Origin: Sphyrna mokarran
Lineage: Eukaryota
Direction of reading: 5' to 3'
DNA: 64,000 nucleotides
Assembly: GCA_024679065.1 (NCBI GenBank)
Contig: JAGIQG010000020.1
Location: 21,390,001 to 21,454,000 of the forward strand
The notes beneath the pieces are model-generated. The model had not been told where the DNA came from. It saw only the letters and a program-made list of their open reading frames with translations, and made no database searches. Shown here piece after piece: positions 35,929 through 49,160 of this stretch; the stretch's first letter is position 1; each line of letters opens with the position of its first letter. The position numbers and the translations under genes were made by a program.

Positions 35929-36995
35929 GGCTAGGATTCTCCCAAAAAATTTCAAATCCCCAATTTGCAGAAAAATGGGAGTAACTCCCATTGCTTTTCT
36001 AACATGATTTCCACAGCGAATCTTTGACGCTCTGTGCATTACACAATATCTCAGCGAGATTTTGCCTTGGGGGGTGGGGGACATATTCCCGCTTGAGAGG
36101 CCAACAATATGGTGCTGAGCGGATCATTGCACATGTGTCAACCTGTCAGAGCAGAGAGCAGCACATTCACACTGGGTTTGCACTGACGGCCTCCCGATCG
36201 CTGGGTAGTCCCACAACTCCCCATTCTGAATCCTCACCCCCCCCACCCCACGATCACTGGCCTCCCAAACCTCCCTGGACCAGCCCTGATGTCCTCCCTC
36301 ATGACCAGCCCCAATCTCCCTGGCCCCATTTCCCACTACCATCTTGGCTAGCCCCGATCTCCTGACTCCCGATCCCCATCCCCAACAATCCCCACCCAGA
36401 TCAGCCAACCTGGATCGCCATCCTCCCTCCCTCCAGCCTGCAATCCCGAGTGCAGACTGGCAGCAGAACCCCCCCCCCCGCCACCCCCACCTATTGTCCA
36501 GTTAGTAGGCCCCATTTCTGCTGTCCCCATCCTCTTGGCACTGCCTGATGCCTAGTGGTCAGTGCCCAGGTCCCCTTTGGCAGTGCCAGTTTGACCCTTG
36601 GACAGTGCCAGGGTGCCAGGCAGGCACTGCCACACTGGCACTGCCCAAGGGGCACAACTCCTCCCACTGCCAACTTCCTGTGGGAGGCCTCAGTGGCTTC
36701 TGTTAGCTCCAGCAACGTGGGCTGCCTGTTCCCCGTTTGTAGGGAGCATGGGTAAACCCTGTTGGAGTGAAGCATTCCTGGCTGGGAAGGAGACATGAGC
36801 AGGCCCAGAGACTTCAGTTCTGCTAATGACATGGAAATCCTGATTTCCGGCATGGAGTTGATTATTCTCAAAATCTTTGTCACAAAGACTCACAGAGGCC
36901 ATGGTGTCCAGTGGGAAGCCTGTGAAACAGCCCCTGCTGATGTCTCCCAGCCTGCTTTGCTGCTCGAACACTGCAGTGGGCTGGAATAATCGCCC
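35929..36995. mobile_element. Harbinger-type non-autonomous element with C-rich interior
   Basis: Ends ggctaggattctccc / ggaataatcgccc; GC-rich interior with ggcactgcc/ggcagtgcc motifs. Confidence 0.55.
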
Positions 36996-37219
36996 CCCTC
37001 TCCATTTTTTTGGATCCAATATCAAAATGGCTCCAAGAATACACGCTTATGGTGAAAGCTTATACCCAGTTCATCCTCTTGAATACTTGTACAGCAGTAC
37101 TGAATGATTATTCATCTCATCTGGCTCACTAATTCAAATTGGAGAGGAAGGTTTGTTGTTGGAGACAGGATTACGTTCAAGATAACCCTGAAAGCCAGTG
37201 TCCCAAAACATAGGGACAA

Positions 37220-37526
37220 TCATAGAATCGCTCTGTGCAGTAATGAGGCCATTTGGCCCATCAAGCATGCACCAGCAACACTACAGCACTATCGCCCTAA
37301 CTGCATGTATTTACTCTGCTAATCCCCTCGACAATAAGGGGTAATTTAGCATGGCTAATCCACCTAACCCCCCCCACATCTTTGGAGTGTGGGAGAAAAC
37401 TAGAGCACCCAGAGGAAATCCACACAGACATGGGGAGAATGTGCAAACTCCACACAGGTCGGAATTGAACTCAGGTCCTTAATGCTGTGAGGCAGCAGTG
37501 CTAACTACTGTACCATTGTGCCATCC
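37220..37526 (-). mobile_element. HE1-like V-SINE, type A
   Basis: Tail, V core and head present. Confidence 0.85.
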
Positions 37527-38324
37527 TAAATTGAGAAACATCATTCTCTGCACAGGTACATGGCACAGCTTTGGTTGACGGAACTCTAGTTCGATCATTG
37601 CTCACAGTTGGAGTGTCTGTATTAATCTGCTTAAGCTATTGCAGGTCTGTCAACCTGTATTTGAATTGGCTGGACCTTGGGTCAGTATGATGTGCCTTGG
37701 GCTGTTTTCAGTCTGTTAAAGTCCACCATATAATTAAAAGTTGTTACTGGAGATATCCCTAAGGAAAGAGAGTGGGTATATAGATTGATCCAAACAGAAC
37801 TCTGCAAGACGATATAGAATGCTAAGTAACTTGAATTAGAACAATCTAAATGTGATGCACATCAGAAACCTGATTGGCCAAACTTTTCAAAATACTCTTC
37901 TTCATAACAGAAAAATGAGCGCAGGTAAAAATTGAGTTCTTTATTTTCTATTTATTTCTATTTTAAAAGTTAATCAATTTAGTGCATATTTATTTGTCTA
38001 ACAATATAATGCTTCAAATAAAATACTCCTGCACCATATAGTTGCAGTGTCATTATTTATTTAAATATAAATGTACTACAATTGCTTCTATATTTATATA
38101 TTTGCTAAAGTCTTCTTTAGAATAGAAATTCAATGATGCAGCTCCCATTTTGGGGATCTAAATGGCCACCTAAACTTCCTAAGTGGCAAGGAAATACAGG
38201 AGCTGAAATATCCAGCCATATTATTAGTTCAGGTAAAGCAAAAAAGCATTTGGGGCCAATGCTTGAAATTTACATATCCAAATCAACCTTGTTTGAGGCA
38301 TCCTGTGTAAAACTGGGTTTCATT

Positions 38325-38730
38325 TATTTGATTTTGATTTATTATTGTCACATGCATCGATGTAGTGAAAAGTATTGTTTCTTGTGCGCTAATCACACAA
38401 AGCATACCATTCATAGAGTACGTAGGTGAGAAGGAGAGTAGAGGGTGCTGAGTGCAGTGTTACATTCATAGGCAGTGTGTAGAGAAAGATCAACTTAATA
38501 TAAGTTAGGTCAGTTCAAAAGTCTGATGGCAGCAGGGAAGAAGCTGTTCTTGAATCAATTGGTACATGACCTCAGACTTTTGTATCTTTTTCCCAATGGA
38601 AGAAAGTGGAAGAGAGAATGTCTGGGTGCTTGAGGTCCTTGATTATGCTGGCTGTTTTTCTGAACCAGCAGGAAGTGTAGACAGAGTCAATAGGTGGGAG
38701 ATTGGTTTGCGTGATGAACTGGGCTACGTT
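38325..38730 (-). mobile_element. Rex1/Babar LINE 3' end
   Basis: KTASIIKD..HSLFHFLPLGKRYKSLRSCTN*FKNSFFPAAIRLLN on the minus strand. Confidence 0.85.
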
Positions 38731-39884
38731 AAATATACATAATGCACGTGATTGTTGAGACAGGAGAAATAGGAATGCTTCATCTCACCCTACATTGAAG
38801 CTGGATTGAACTCTGTTGCTCCAAATTTCCAACAACCTTACCATAAATTTCTAGGCCTTTATCCTACAGTAATAAATTCTAGTAGCTCATTTTCAGTGAG
38901 CAGAGGGATGCTCATAAATTGTTATTCTCATTAAGGAATAGCACCAGGATGTAGAATTTAAAAAAAACTCAGTCAATAATCTTGCCTGTTTCCCTTGAAA
39001 GATTAACAAGTATTTTAAGCTTTACGGGCGTTAAAGTGTGCTAATATTAAATGCAGGATCTACATTCCCTATTTATCAATGTGATTGTGTTTAACTTCTA
39101 CCACATTTCATTTGATCCCATGTGTGGACATTTTCAACTTCCATCTCTTTCAACTATTAAATGGTTTGGACCACTTACTACCATATATCTTTATTAAGCT
39201 GCAAGGTATTCTCCACAAATCATTGTTGCTTCATGATTAGCTGTCAGGAGGCACTGTTTAAGTAGGACAGCTACATGATTTTCTTATTCCCCTTAAGATG
39301 GGAAATCTCATTATCACATTACATTCTAACTTATAACCTAGCTGAGAATGGACAAAGCTTACCTGGTTGATATACCTTGTTTGCCCGAGAGAAAAAAAGT
39401 AGATTTTTACCTCAGAATGGAAGTTAGCAGGGTTTCTTTCTTCTATTTTTCTAATAACTTCATCGGGTACATGTGGTGATCAATCTGCAGAGTAAAGATC
39501 ACATGAGCCAGGGAACCAACCGGGGAGCAGGCTGGGGGATGACCCTGATAATCTTGGATTTCTGCTCCTGAACCTTCTCGGGAGCCAAATGCAGCCAGAG
39601 GCTGCAAGCCTTTGTATTGTCTTTACCTGTAAATAAATATGTTTTTTCCCTAAACTGGTGAACATGAATCATTCCAGTACTTTGAAAGGTATGGTCTTAC
39701 ATTGAGCCAGAAATTTCTGCCAATTCAACAGCACTTTTAGTATTCGCAGCAATATCATTAAGGAAAAGTGAGCTTGTGAGTTGTAAATCATCATAAATTG
39801 TTAGACAACTTGAGCTTCTCCCTCTTTAGATTCACAAAAACAGCAGCTTGCCTCAATCGTCCTATGATTTTGGCTCATTTTTTA

Positions 39885-40215
39885 ATTGATATATTCATGG
39901 AGTGTGAATTTCTTACAGAGCAATATTTATTGCCAATCCCTAATGCCTTTGAAGGTGATGGTGAGCTATCACCTCGAACCTCTCCAATGCTTGCAGTCTA
40001 GATACACCTGTTAGAAAGGGAGTGCTACGTTAGGGAACCCAAACTGAGTATCAGTAAACAGGTTATTGCTGAGTAAGTGCCACTTGATAGTATTGTCAAC
40101 CCCCCTTCCATCATTTAGTTGATGATCAAGAGTAGATTCTTGGGGCAGTAAAAGGCTGGTTAGGATTTGTTCTGCTTTGTGTGGACATGACACATTTCCA
40201 CATTGCTGGGTTGTG
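39885..40215 (-). mobile_element. Fragment of the second CR1-group LINE
   Basis: IKWHLLSNNLFTDTQFGF and a decayed tail (atttattgccaatccctaatgcc). Confidence 0.6.
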
Positions 40216-42350
40216 CAATGATTGAAAATTAAACTCACTAAAAGTTAAGTCTGGTGACTAAGTAATGTGAAGATACTTAGAATGACAAGCTGTAGTTCTT
40301 CTGCAATACTACTAACTATAGCATCTCACTCTTGCAGGCAGCAAATTGTTCCTGGAGTTTTTAAAATGTATAATGTTTTTTTTCCTTTCAGTCTGCTTTT
40401 CATTTTCTCGTTTAATCTAATCTTTCCTTTGCATTATTTATATCTTTCTAATTGATTTGACTCTAAATCCTCCTCCTTTTAAATGTCATTGATTAAGGAG
40501 AGAGACTGTTCATCCCACTGTTCACTCAGGTCCCAGACGCTCTGTTGCTCTCAACTCAATTTAACACTTCCAGAGTGAGGGGTAAAGTGTAATTATAATG
40601 GAATTTCCCGTGAGAAGCCCTACTCCAACAAATTCTGGGCCATTTTCAGGACACATTCATTCTTTCCTGTTCCACTAACTTTTTTTTCAGATTGAAAACT
40701 AGCTTTATTGGTTCAACTTACACCTGAATTACATTTGAACATATTCAGAGTCAAATTAGAACAATTGTCTACAATTAAATTATAGTTTGTCACTTACATT
40801 TTGCAGCACAGTACAAACGCCTGACCTTGTCAGTGCAAATCCAAACACAACGTATTCAAATGGCTGAATGTAAAAAAAAGTATGCCAAAATTCTACACAT
40901 TGTTATTCTTCAAATAAAAAGGAATGTTACCCTCTCATTTTCCCATCTTCTTCCTCTTTCTCAACTCCTCTGATGTACAGGATATTGTTGCACCTTATTA
41001 GAACTTCGCCAAGGTGACCCGCTAAATTATTCATGTATTGCTGAATAAGAGATTGTGATTTTTTTTCAATTTAGTTCACATTATGGTTTCAATATCAGAA
41101 CATGTGAAAGTCCCGGCTAACCGGAAATGAGCTACAGTGACTTTGTGATGTAAGATAAAAAGTATGTCAAATGTAATTATTACAAATCTCTGTGGATACT
41201 AATAACGTGAAAGAACTGAGCTTCCCAAATGACCTCATTGGAAAGATCAAATGGCGCAGATTTCACATTTTAAGACATTTACTGCAACAAACAAACCAAA
41301 ACCAACATAGATTAAGCATGGACCAACAGATAAATTGTACTAAACAGAAAATGTAAATTACAATTCTATATAGCTGATAAGACAAAGGTACATTTCACAC
41401 ATGGACAGTCCACTTGGTGTATGTGGCACTAACTTCAGCCACAAAGTCCTTTAAGAACTCTGAATGTTCTCCAGTTCCTTTCCTTTCAATACTTAGTCCG
41501 ATCCCTAGCTGACTATATCACTCAACCAATCTCAGTTCTATGGGCACAATTACCAGTAAAATGACACACATATGCAGAACTTCCTCAACTTTGCCCACAG
41601 TGGTCTTGACAGTGTACATCCACCAATGCTATTTTCAAGTAACAGAAACAGTCACAGCAACTGTATACTCATCTCTTCTCAGCTTCTGGATCCAATATCC
41701 ATCATCTTCAGTCTGCCCATACCACTGGGATCTGAGTGCTCTACTGGCCATGTATCTTTTTATCTACTTTCAAACATGTCAGTTTCTATTTCCCTCTCAG
41801 CTTTCCTGGAAAACTCAAAGTTCAGTTTCCCTTTCAGTTGACTGGAGTTTGCAATTCAGTTCCAATTAGAGTCTATCTGAAAACACAGGCTATTGCCAAC
41901 AAACAACTTGTGAACTATGGATTTCACCACATACTGTAAAAGCAATTAAAGTTTATTTGCAGTTGAACAGATATAATTGGATTACATATACACGGTAGAA
42001 AACCCTTTGAAGTATTTGGTTATATTATAATTAAGTTTTGAGCAGAATTATTTTTAACAGACAGAGCCCGGCAGAAATCTGAGCGCAGGAACAAGCTGGG
42101 AAATGGACAACAGTTGCCTTCCGTATTGAACTGCCAACTGCTGCCATTGGACTTCATCAACCCTTCCAACTCCAATGAGACCTAACCTACTTTCATCTTT
42201 GCTTATTGAGAAAACAAACTTCTCCTTAAAAGTCAAAACTTCACCATCATTAGGAAAAGTTAATGATGTCAAAAAGCCTAATATTGGCCTGATTTAAGAA
42301 AATAATTTAAAATTACTGTTTAGCATTGAAGAGGACTTGCTTTAGGCTGT

Positions 42351-42445
42351 GGGCTGGAATCCTCCATTCTCACGTTCTCAGCCAAATCTCCATTCACTAT
42401 AGTGGGACCGAAGAATCCCAGCTGCGAGTGAGATTGGAGAATTCC
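42351..42445. mobile_element. Harbinger-type MITE
   Basis: gggctggaatcctcc...ggagaattcc; interior gccaaatctccattcact shared with 31240-31367. Confidence 0.5.
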
Positions 42446-42465
42446 AAAAAGGCTGGCACTGGATG

Positions 42466-42770
42466 TGACAGCACAGTGGTGCAGTGGTGAACACTGTTGC
42501 CTCACTATGCCAGAGACTTGGGTTTGATTCCTGGCTTAGTGAGTGAGGAGTTTGCACATTCTCCCTGTGTCTGTATGAGTTTCCTCTGGGTGCTCTGGTT
42601 TCTTCCTACATTCCAAACATATGCAGGTTAGGTTAATTGGCCATGCTAAATTGCCACTTAGTGTCAGGATGATTAGCAGGAAAAATACGGGGGGTTACAG
42701 GGATAGCACCTGCGTGGGATTGATGTTGGTGCAGGCTTGATGGGCCAACTTCTGTACTGTTGGGATTCTA
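42466..42770 (+). mobile_element. HE1-like V-SINE, type A
   Basis: Head, V core and tail ctgtactgttgggattcta. Confidence 0.85.
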
Positions 42771-44017
42771 TTTGTTGACTGCAGCGGTTCTTCTAGAAGG
42801 AAGCTCATCACAACCTTCTCAAGGGCAATTAGGGATGGGTAATAAATGCTGACTTAGCCAGTGGCTTCCACTTCCAGTGAATGAATATTTTTTAAAGAAC
42901 AAGCTGGTTTGGGAGAGAGATGTTAATTTCTTTCGAACCTTAGTCCCAGAATTTCCTCTCCTTTTTAAACTGATATAGTCATTTAAAGACTACATGACTT
43001 ACTTTGCTCTATTTTATAGAGTGCATGGATATCTCTGCTTTGGGCATAGTTGGCCCAGTTGGATCCAGATGCAAGTTTTGACTGAAATTGCGCTGGTTTT
43101 CAGAATTTTCTTTTACACAGGTTTCTGTTCAAATTTATTTGCATATCACAGAATGCAAAAACTACCATAATTTTGTGCAAAATTTTATAACATAATTATT
43201 TGTTTAAGAATTAAAATTGCTTTAAAAAGTATTCTTTGATATAGTTGTAACTTGGTGCAGTTTTATTCAGACCGGAAAATGGGTTTATTACAAAACATAA
43301 ACATTATTAATATCAGTATGTATGAAATAACCTAATTTTAAATAACTGAAAATGTGTTTTAAAAATCTATACAGAATAATTTGTTAATTATACAGATGTA
43401 CAGCAGTCAGTTTCTTAATAAATGTGGAAAAAAGTAGTTTTGAAACTTGTCTATTATCAGCATCCTTGCACTTAAGAGAATCAGCTTCATTTTAAGACAT
43501 TCCCTTGTAGGCATGCAAATTAGCAGAAGGTTAAAATGCTCATTAACTTTCTCATGCCATTTGATCACTTTTGCAGATAGAGTCAATTTCTAGTGCAGCG
43601 TTTTATCAAACTGGCAAAGAAAAGGCATTTTGTGCTTAATTCTGTGTTCTTTTGCACTAGTTTAACCAATTTCCAGTAATTTGAATAAATTAACCAGCAC
43701 AAACTAGTGGAAAGGCAAAAGTCCCAACTCTTCGGAAGAATGAATATTTATAATGTCTTATGGATATTATTTACCATGGTTATGCAAAACCAGAAACTCC
43801 ATTTATATAGCATATTCAGTGCATATTAAAAAAAATTTGGGGTTCACAATTGAGATTTTGGAGGGTAGAATATTGAACTACAAGGAGTGGGATGATTTAA
43901 AGGGCTGGTTTGAGTAGTTTTTTTTAAAGTGGGGTCGGGGGAGGAAGAAATGAAGATTTGGTGGGTTTTAAGGAAGGAGTCTTCAGCTTGTAAGATTGAA
44001 GACTGGGTGCAATAATG

Positions 44018-44300
44018 GGGGTAAGAACTCTCACAACACCAGGTTTAAGTCCAACCAATTTATTTGATAGTAATCCCACAAACTTTTGGAAACAGTGTTC
44101 CTTTGTCAGGTAAGTGGAAGGTTCTGATCAGAGAAAAGCATATAAAGACACACACAGTTAAGTCCACACACCTGACGAAGGAACATCATTTCCAAAAGCT
44201 TGTGGGATTGCTACCAAATAAACTGGTTGAACTTAAACCTGATGTTGTGAGACTTCTTACTGTGTTTACCCCAGTCCAACGCCAGCACCTCTACATCATT
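44018..44300. mobile_element. Penelope-derived palindromic insert (P1)
   Basis: Inverted arms around a ~55 bp spacer; the right arm carries cacctgacgaaggaa..ttccaaaagcttgtg. Confidence 0.8.
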
Positions 44301-44551
44301 CAATAAAAGGATCAGGGAAGGAGTGATCAAAAAGTCAAAATCAAAGCCATAATTATATTTATTTTACATATTAATAGCTATCTGGTAATCAAGAATAGTG
44401 TTCAGAAAGACTTAAAGTGATTAATCTTGGACTCTGAAGTTGAGTTATATAATCTGATTCTGCTCCGAAGTCAAGGCTGTACGTCACAATCTTTGCATCT
44501 ACTTTTCTTTGGTTGCTGAACAGTTACTGATAGCTAATAATCAGGTGAAGT

Positions 44552-44822
44552 TTTAAATTTACTTATTAGTGTCACAAGTAGACTTACGTTAACACTGCAA
44601 TGAAGTTATTGCGAAGACTCCCCTAGTTGCCGCACTCTGATGCTTGTTCGGGTACACAAAGGAAAAGTTTAGCATGGCCAGTGCACTTAGCCAGCACAAT
44701 TTTTGGATTGTGGGAGGAAACTAGAGTACCCAGAGGAAACACACGCAATGTGCAGACTCCACGCAGCAGTGACTCAAGCTGGGAATCGAACTTTGAGGCA
44801 GCAGTGACGACCACTGTGCCCA
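44552..44822 (-). mobile_element. HE1-like V-SINE, type B
   Basis: Type B tail and V core present. Confidence 0.85.
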
Positions 44823-45164
44823 TGTGGGGTTTTGAATGCGAGTGAAAGCTTCAGCTTTGCTTGCAGTCCAAGAGTACTTGTCAAATATGATCTATTTCTT
44901 CCTTTTCTTGTAATACTAATGGTCAACAAACTGAGAGGACTGCCATCTTTTTGCTTAAAATCCAGCCCACTTTCATGTTATAAAAACTCCACCATTTGCC
45001 ACATTTAAGGATCCAGTGAGATGTGAATCCAACCATTTCAACCCAGGTTTGGATCAAATGCCTGGAGCTTAGTTTAAAAAAAACACTTGAAATCTCACTG
45101 CGAGGAACTAGAAGCACAGTTGATGCAGAAAATGAAAACATTTCCATAGAACCATAAAATCAAA

Positions 45165-46690
45165 TTATAGAATCCCTACAGTGCAGAAAGAGACCATTTG
45201 GCCCATTGAGTCTGCACCTATTCTCAGACAGAGCCCACCATCTGGTCCTACTTCCTCCTCTATTCTCGGAACTCCACACATTTATCCCACTAATCCCTCT
45301 AACCTACACATCTTTTGGATACTAGGTGGGAGGGGAAGGGGCAAGACAAGCCGGTAAGATTGAACGAGAGCCAAGAAATCAGGTTTGCCTCGATTTATTG
45401 CAATCTTACCAGCATTGGATATCTGGCAAGGTCAGCTTTGCAGCCATTTCCAATTCGAGGCCGAGTAAATTATTTCAATTTATTTTAAACGTATTTTGCA
45501 TTGATTTAATGAGCTCAGGATGATATCATCCGGGCTCACACCTCTGTGACCTTGCGTGAGATGTTTTCTCCAGCGAGATTATAGCTAGTGCCCAGCAACG
45601 CGGACCAGTTGTGATGGTCTCACCATTGATGCTTCCGGGAAGAGGTCATGGCAAGGCGGGGTGCCAGCCTGAAATTCTGCCATTGCCCCCCTGGGCACAC
45701 TGACGTTGTTCACTGGGCATCTTGGCACTATTCACAGTTATGCCCAGGGGATGAAGCCTAAGAATTTTGGGGCTTATGGTGTGGGGCAGGGACTACAAGG
45801 AGGATAGTTGGTGGTGGTGGTGGTGGGGGGTACTATACACCTTGCGTTGGGATTGGTAGTAGGAGGAGGGGGAACCTGTTTCGACTCTGCATAATCAGTG
45901 GAAGAAGGGAGGGGGATGATCGTGGCTGGTCATGGGGTGGGGAATCAGGCAGCCGACTGTCGCAGAGGATGGGGAAGGGAGAGGGGGATTGGTCCGTGTG
46001 GTTGCAGCCACGGGCCTCTATCAAAGCTGGTGGGGTGGCCATGTTTGTGAGGCTGGGAGCTTTGTTTCTCATGATGTGGAGATGCCGGTGTTGGACTGGG
46101 GTAAACACAGAAGTCTCACAACACCAGGGTAAAGTCCAACAGGTTTATTTGGTAGCAAAATATAGTGGCTTTTGCTACCAAACAAACCTGTTGGCTTTAA
46201 CCTGGTGTTGTAAGACTTCTTAATGTGTTTTAGCTGTGCCATGGAGACTGGCTATGAGCAGCAAAGGTAGATTGTTAGATCTCTGCTGCTAGAGACTTGT
46301 GCATGCGTATTAGTGCTCTCTGCTGTTCTCAACCAGCGTTCAGGGACTTAAGCCCCACACCCCTCCCCTACAGAGAAGAAACCATTTCATGCTCTGAGTG
46401 CATAAAATAGCAGCTTTGAACTCACCCAAACAGATCAGAACTCTCCTGTTTTCCTGCCTGTCCTGGAGTTAGAATCCTTTTGTTAAGATTGACCCAGAAG
46501 GGTCAATTTCGCATAGCCAATCCGCTTAAGCTGCATATCTTCCTCCACTGTGGGAGGAAACCAGAGCACCTGAAGGAAACCCATGGATTTACAGGGCAAA
46601 CATATAAACTCCACACAATCGCCCAAAGCTGGACTCAAACAGAGGTCCCTGGCGCTGTGAGGCAGCAGTGCTAACCACTGTGCCACCCAT
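45165..46690 (-). mobile_element. V-SINE type A split (45165-45325 and 46498-46690) by a ~1.17 kb GC-rich insert
   Basis: Tail half and head half join at ggatactagg / aagggtcaattt. The insert resembles the Harbinger-type elements and holds a P1 palindrome. Confidence 0.7.
46070..46232. mobile_element. Penelope-derived palindromic insert (P1)
   Basis: aaagtccaacaggtttatttggtagcaaaa / ttttgctaccaaacaaacctgttggcttt inverted arms. Confidence 0.8.
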
Positions 46691-48199
46691 AGCGGTACTA
46701 TAACTCCTTATGTTGATATTAAAGCACATGTTGGGGGTGGGGGGCAAAATCATACGCCTGTTCTTCAAGAGTGCAGAAAGGATCTTACTAGAAGTAAGGA
46801 ACAGATGAAATCTCAATGAATATATGTCACTGAACATAGAACAAGCAGTAACCTGGGCAATTCTTCCCCAATTGTTAAGACAGATTAGAAGATCGTTACA
46901 ACAGTGTTGCACTACCTCTGAATAAAGACTATTTGATTCTGACACTATCTGACTAAAATGTAGTAAATGTTCCATTTTCAAACAAAAAATCACCAACCAG
47001 GGAATGCATGTACTAAATAGAACAGCCAACATTCTTCAAGTTTTGATAAAGTTTTCACTGGCATTTTTCTCCCAGTAAATCAAAAAGACCATAGTGCCAG
47101 TGCGAATTATGGCAAAAATTGTTTTTGCTGCTCACATCTGTTCCTGTTTCCCATTAATTGCATCATACACCAGGGATCCAGGTTCAGGTACATTCTGAAT
47201 CCTTCCTAATGGTGATCTGGAGTCTTAATAATAAACTGCAGCTGTTCAGCGGAGGAAAAGATTCATGAGTAACATGGACATATCCACAAGACCATCAAGA
47301 ACTTTCGACATAAAACCACAACAAAGTCAAGCATCTGCTATTTTGCAGGTGGAACATGCATAACGGGACATTTTGCCCTTGGTGCATTCATTGTAAGCCT
47401 GAAATACCTAAAACAAAGTGGGCAAAATTCGGAAAAAGGCCAATTCAGGCTATTTTGGATGATCATTTTTGCCTCACTGGTAATGTATGCAGTTATGTTC
47501 AAGTTGCTTCCTCCTAACGACATAAAATATTCAAAGATTGCCAGATGGATTTATCAAGAATTCATTAAAGTCATTATAATTGAGTTGGCAGAGTTTCGAT
47601 CACTTTCAAATAACTCTTTAGACATGAATCTGCACTTTCTGAAGAGTTAGCATGTGCTCTTTTGCTATTATTTTAATGGGTCACTAATAATTGTATCCAA
47701 TAATTGCTTGTGTTGTCACTCACTTCTAATAAATTGCTCATTAGTCAGTTACTGTAGCTCTATATGAGGTTCACCAGCCATAGGATTACTTCCTACAATT
47801 TGGATCTTAAATAAAATGGATAACAACAATCTGCAACAAAGCCTAGCCGCACAGAAAGCCAACATAATGAGCATTTATTAATAGGCTCAACGGTACATTA
47901 GCAAGTCAGATTTGTATTCCTGTTCACAGATCCGAAGATGGTTGGTGTATGTACTGCAGATGTGTAACTAGATGCAGGTACAAACTGATGATAGGTTTCC
48001 ATCATGAGTCAACGGTATACAGTAAGTGGAAGCTTAAATGCATTGAGGCTACTGACCTTTATTCTCAAATGTCCATGTGTGAATTTAACATGGTGATAGT
48101 CTTTTTTGCTCGTGGGATAAAAATAACAATTTTAACCTATCATTTGGTTTTGGCCACTTTTAGTATATTTGCACTATGAGAATCTCATCTGGGCCTATT

Positions 48200-48475
48200 C
48201 ATAGAATCTATACATTGCAAAAGGAGTTCATTCAACCCATCGAGCCCTCAACAATCCCACTCAGGCCCTATCCCTGTAACCCATTTCTTTGCCTTACTAA
48301 TCACCCTGACATTAAGGGGCAACTTTGCAGGGCCAATCAACCTCATCTGCACTTCTTTGAAGTGTGGGAGAAAACCCACGCAGACACAGGGAGTACATAC
48401 AATCTCCACACAGTCACCCAAGGCCAGAATTGATCCCTGTGAGGCAGTGTGTTAACTACTGTGCCAAGGTGCCAC
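48200..48475 (-). mobile_element. HE1-like V-SINE, type A
   Basis: Tail and head recognisable; internal deletion. Confidence 0.8.
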
Positions 48476-48926
48476 ATGTAAGTAATTTCTGGAATACATA
48501 GAAACTTAGAAAAATAGAAGCAGGAGTAGGTCTTTTGGCCCTTCGAGCCTGTTCTGCCACTTATTTTAATCATGGCTGATCTTCAAATTCAATAGCCTAA
48601 TCTTTCCTTCCCCCCATATCCCATAGAATTCCTCATGACCTTGTCATTGTGATGGAGGTAGATTGGCGTCAGCTAAAACAAAACTTCCTCAATGCCTGGA
48701 ATATCAGATTTAACTCCAACAGAGTAAAAATTCAGCAGACCAAGACTCCCATATCTATCATTACTTGAGGACATAAATCCCTCTTTCCTTCTTCCCCAAC
48801 TCAAGCATTTTAAACATTTTTACTATGTTGCAAGAATGTGCTTTTGTTTCTCAAAAAAGAGATACAATTTCTCTCTTTTTTCTGCACATTAATGCTGTAT
48901 TTTTTTGAACTGTAATTCTATTAACA

Positions 48927-49160
48927 TCAGGGACCCAGGTTTGATTCCTGGCTTAGGTCACTGTCTATGTGGAGTTTACATATTTTCCCCATATCTGTGT
49001 GGGTTTCCTCCCACAGTCCGATAGATGAGCTGGTTAGGTGCGTTGGCGATGCTAAATTCTCCCTCAGTGTAGCCAAACAGTGTGGTGGCTAGGGGATTTT
49101 CACAACAGCTCAATTGCAGGATTAATACAAGCCTATTGTGACTGATAAATAAACTTAACT
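48927..49160 (+). mobile_element. HE1-like V-SINE, type B
   Basis: cagggacccaggtttgattcc..ggtttcctcccacagtcc..gcctattgtgactgataaataaa. Confidence 0.85.

Noticed and set aside
35875-37107. Cluster of overlapping 60-130 aa ORFs
   Set aside because: A by-product of a GC-rich, low-complexity non-autonomous DNA element; no recognisable domain or splice structure.
41250-42060. Possible minus-strand solo LTR
   Set aside because: Composition is suggestive, but termini and TSD could not be defined.
42940-43735. Possible large inverted-repeat element (also 47050-47432, 59290-59860, 60590-61330)
   Set aside because: Only short degenerate complementary stretches; probably old Harbinger-type relics, but boundaries cannot be supported by eye.
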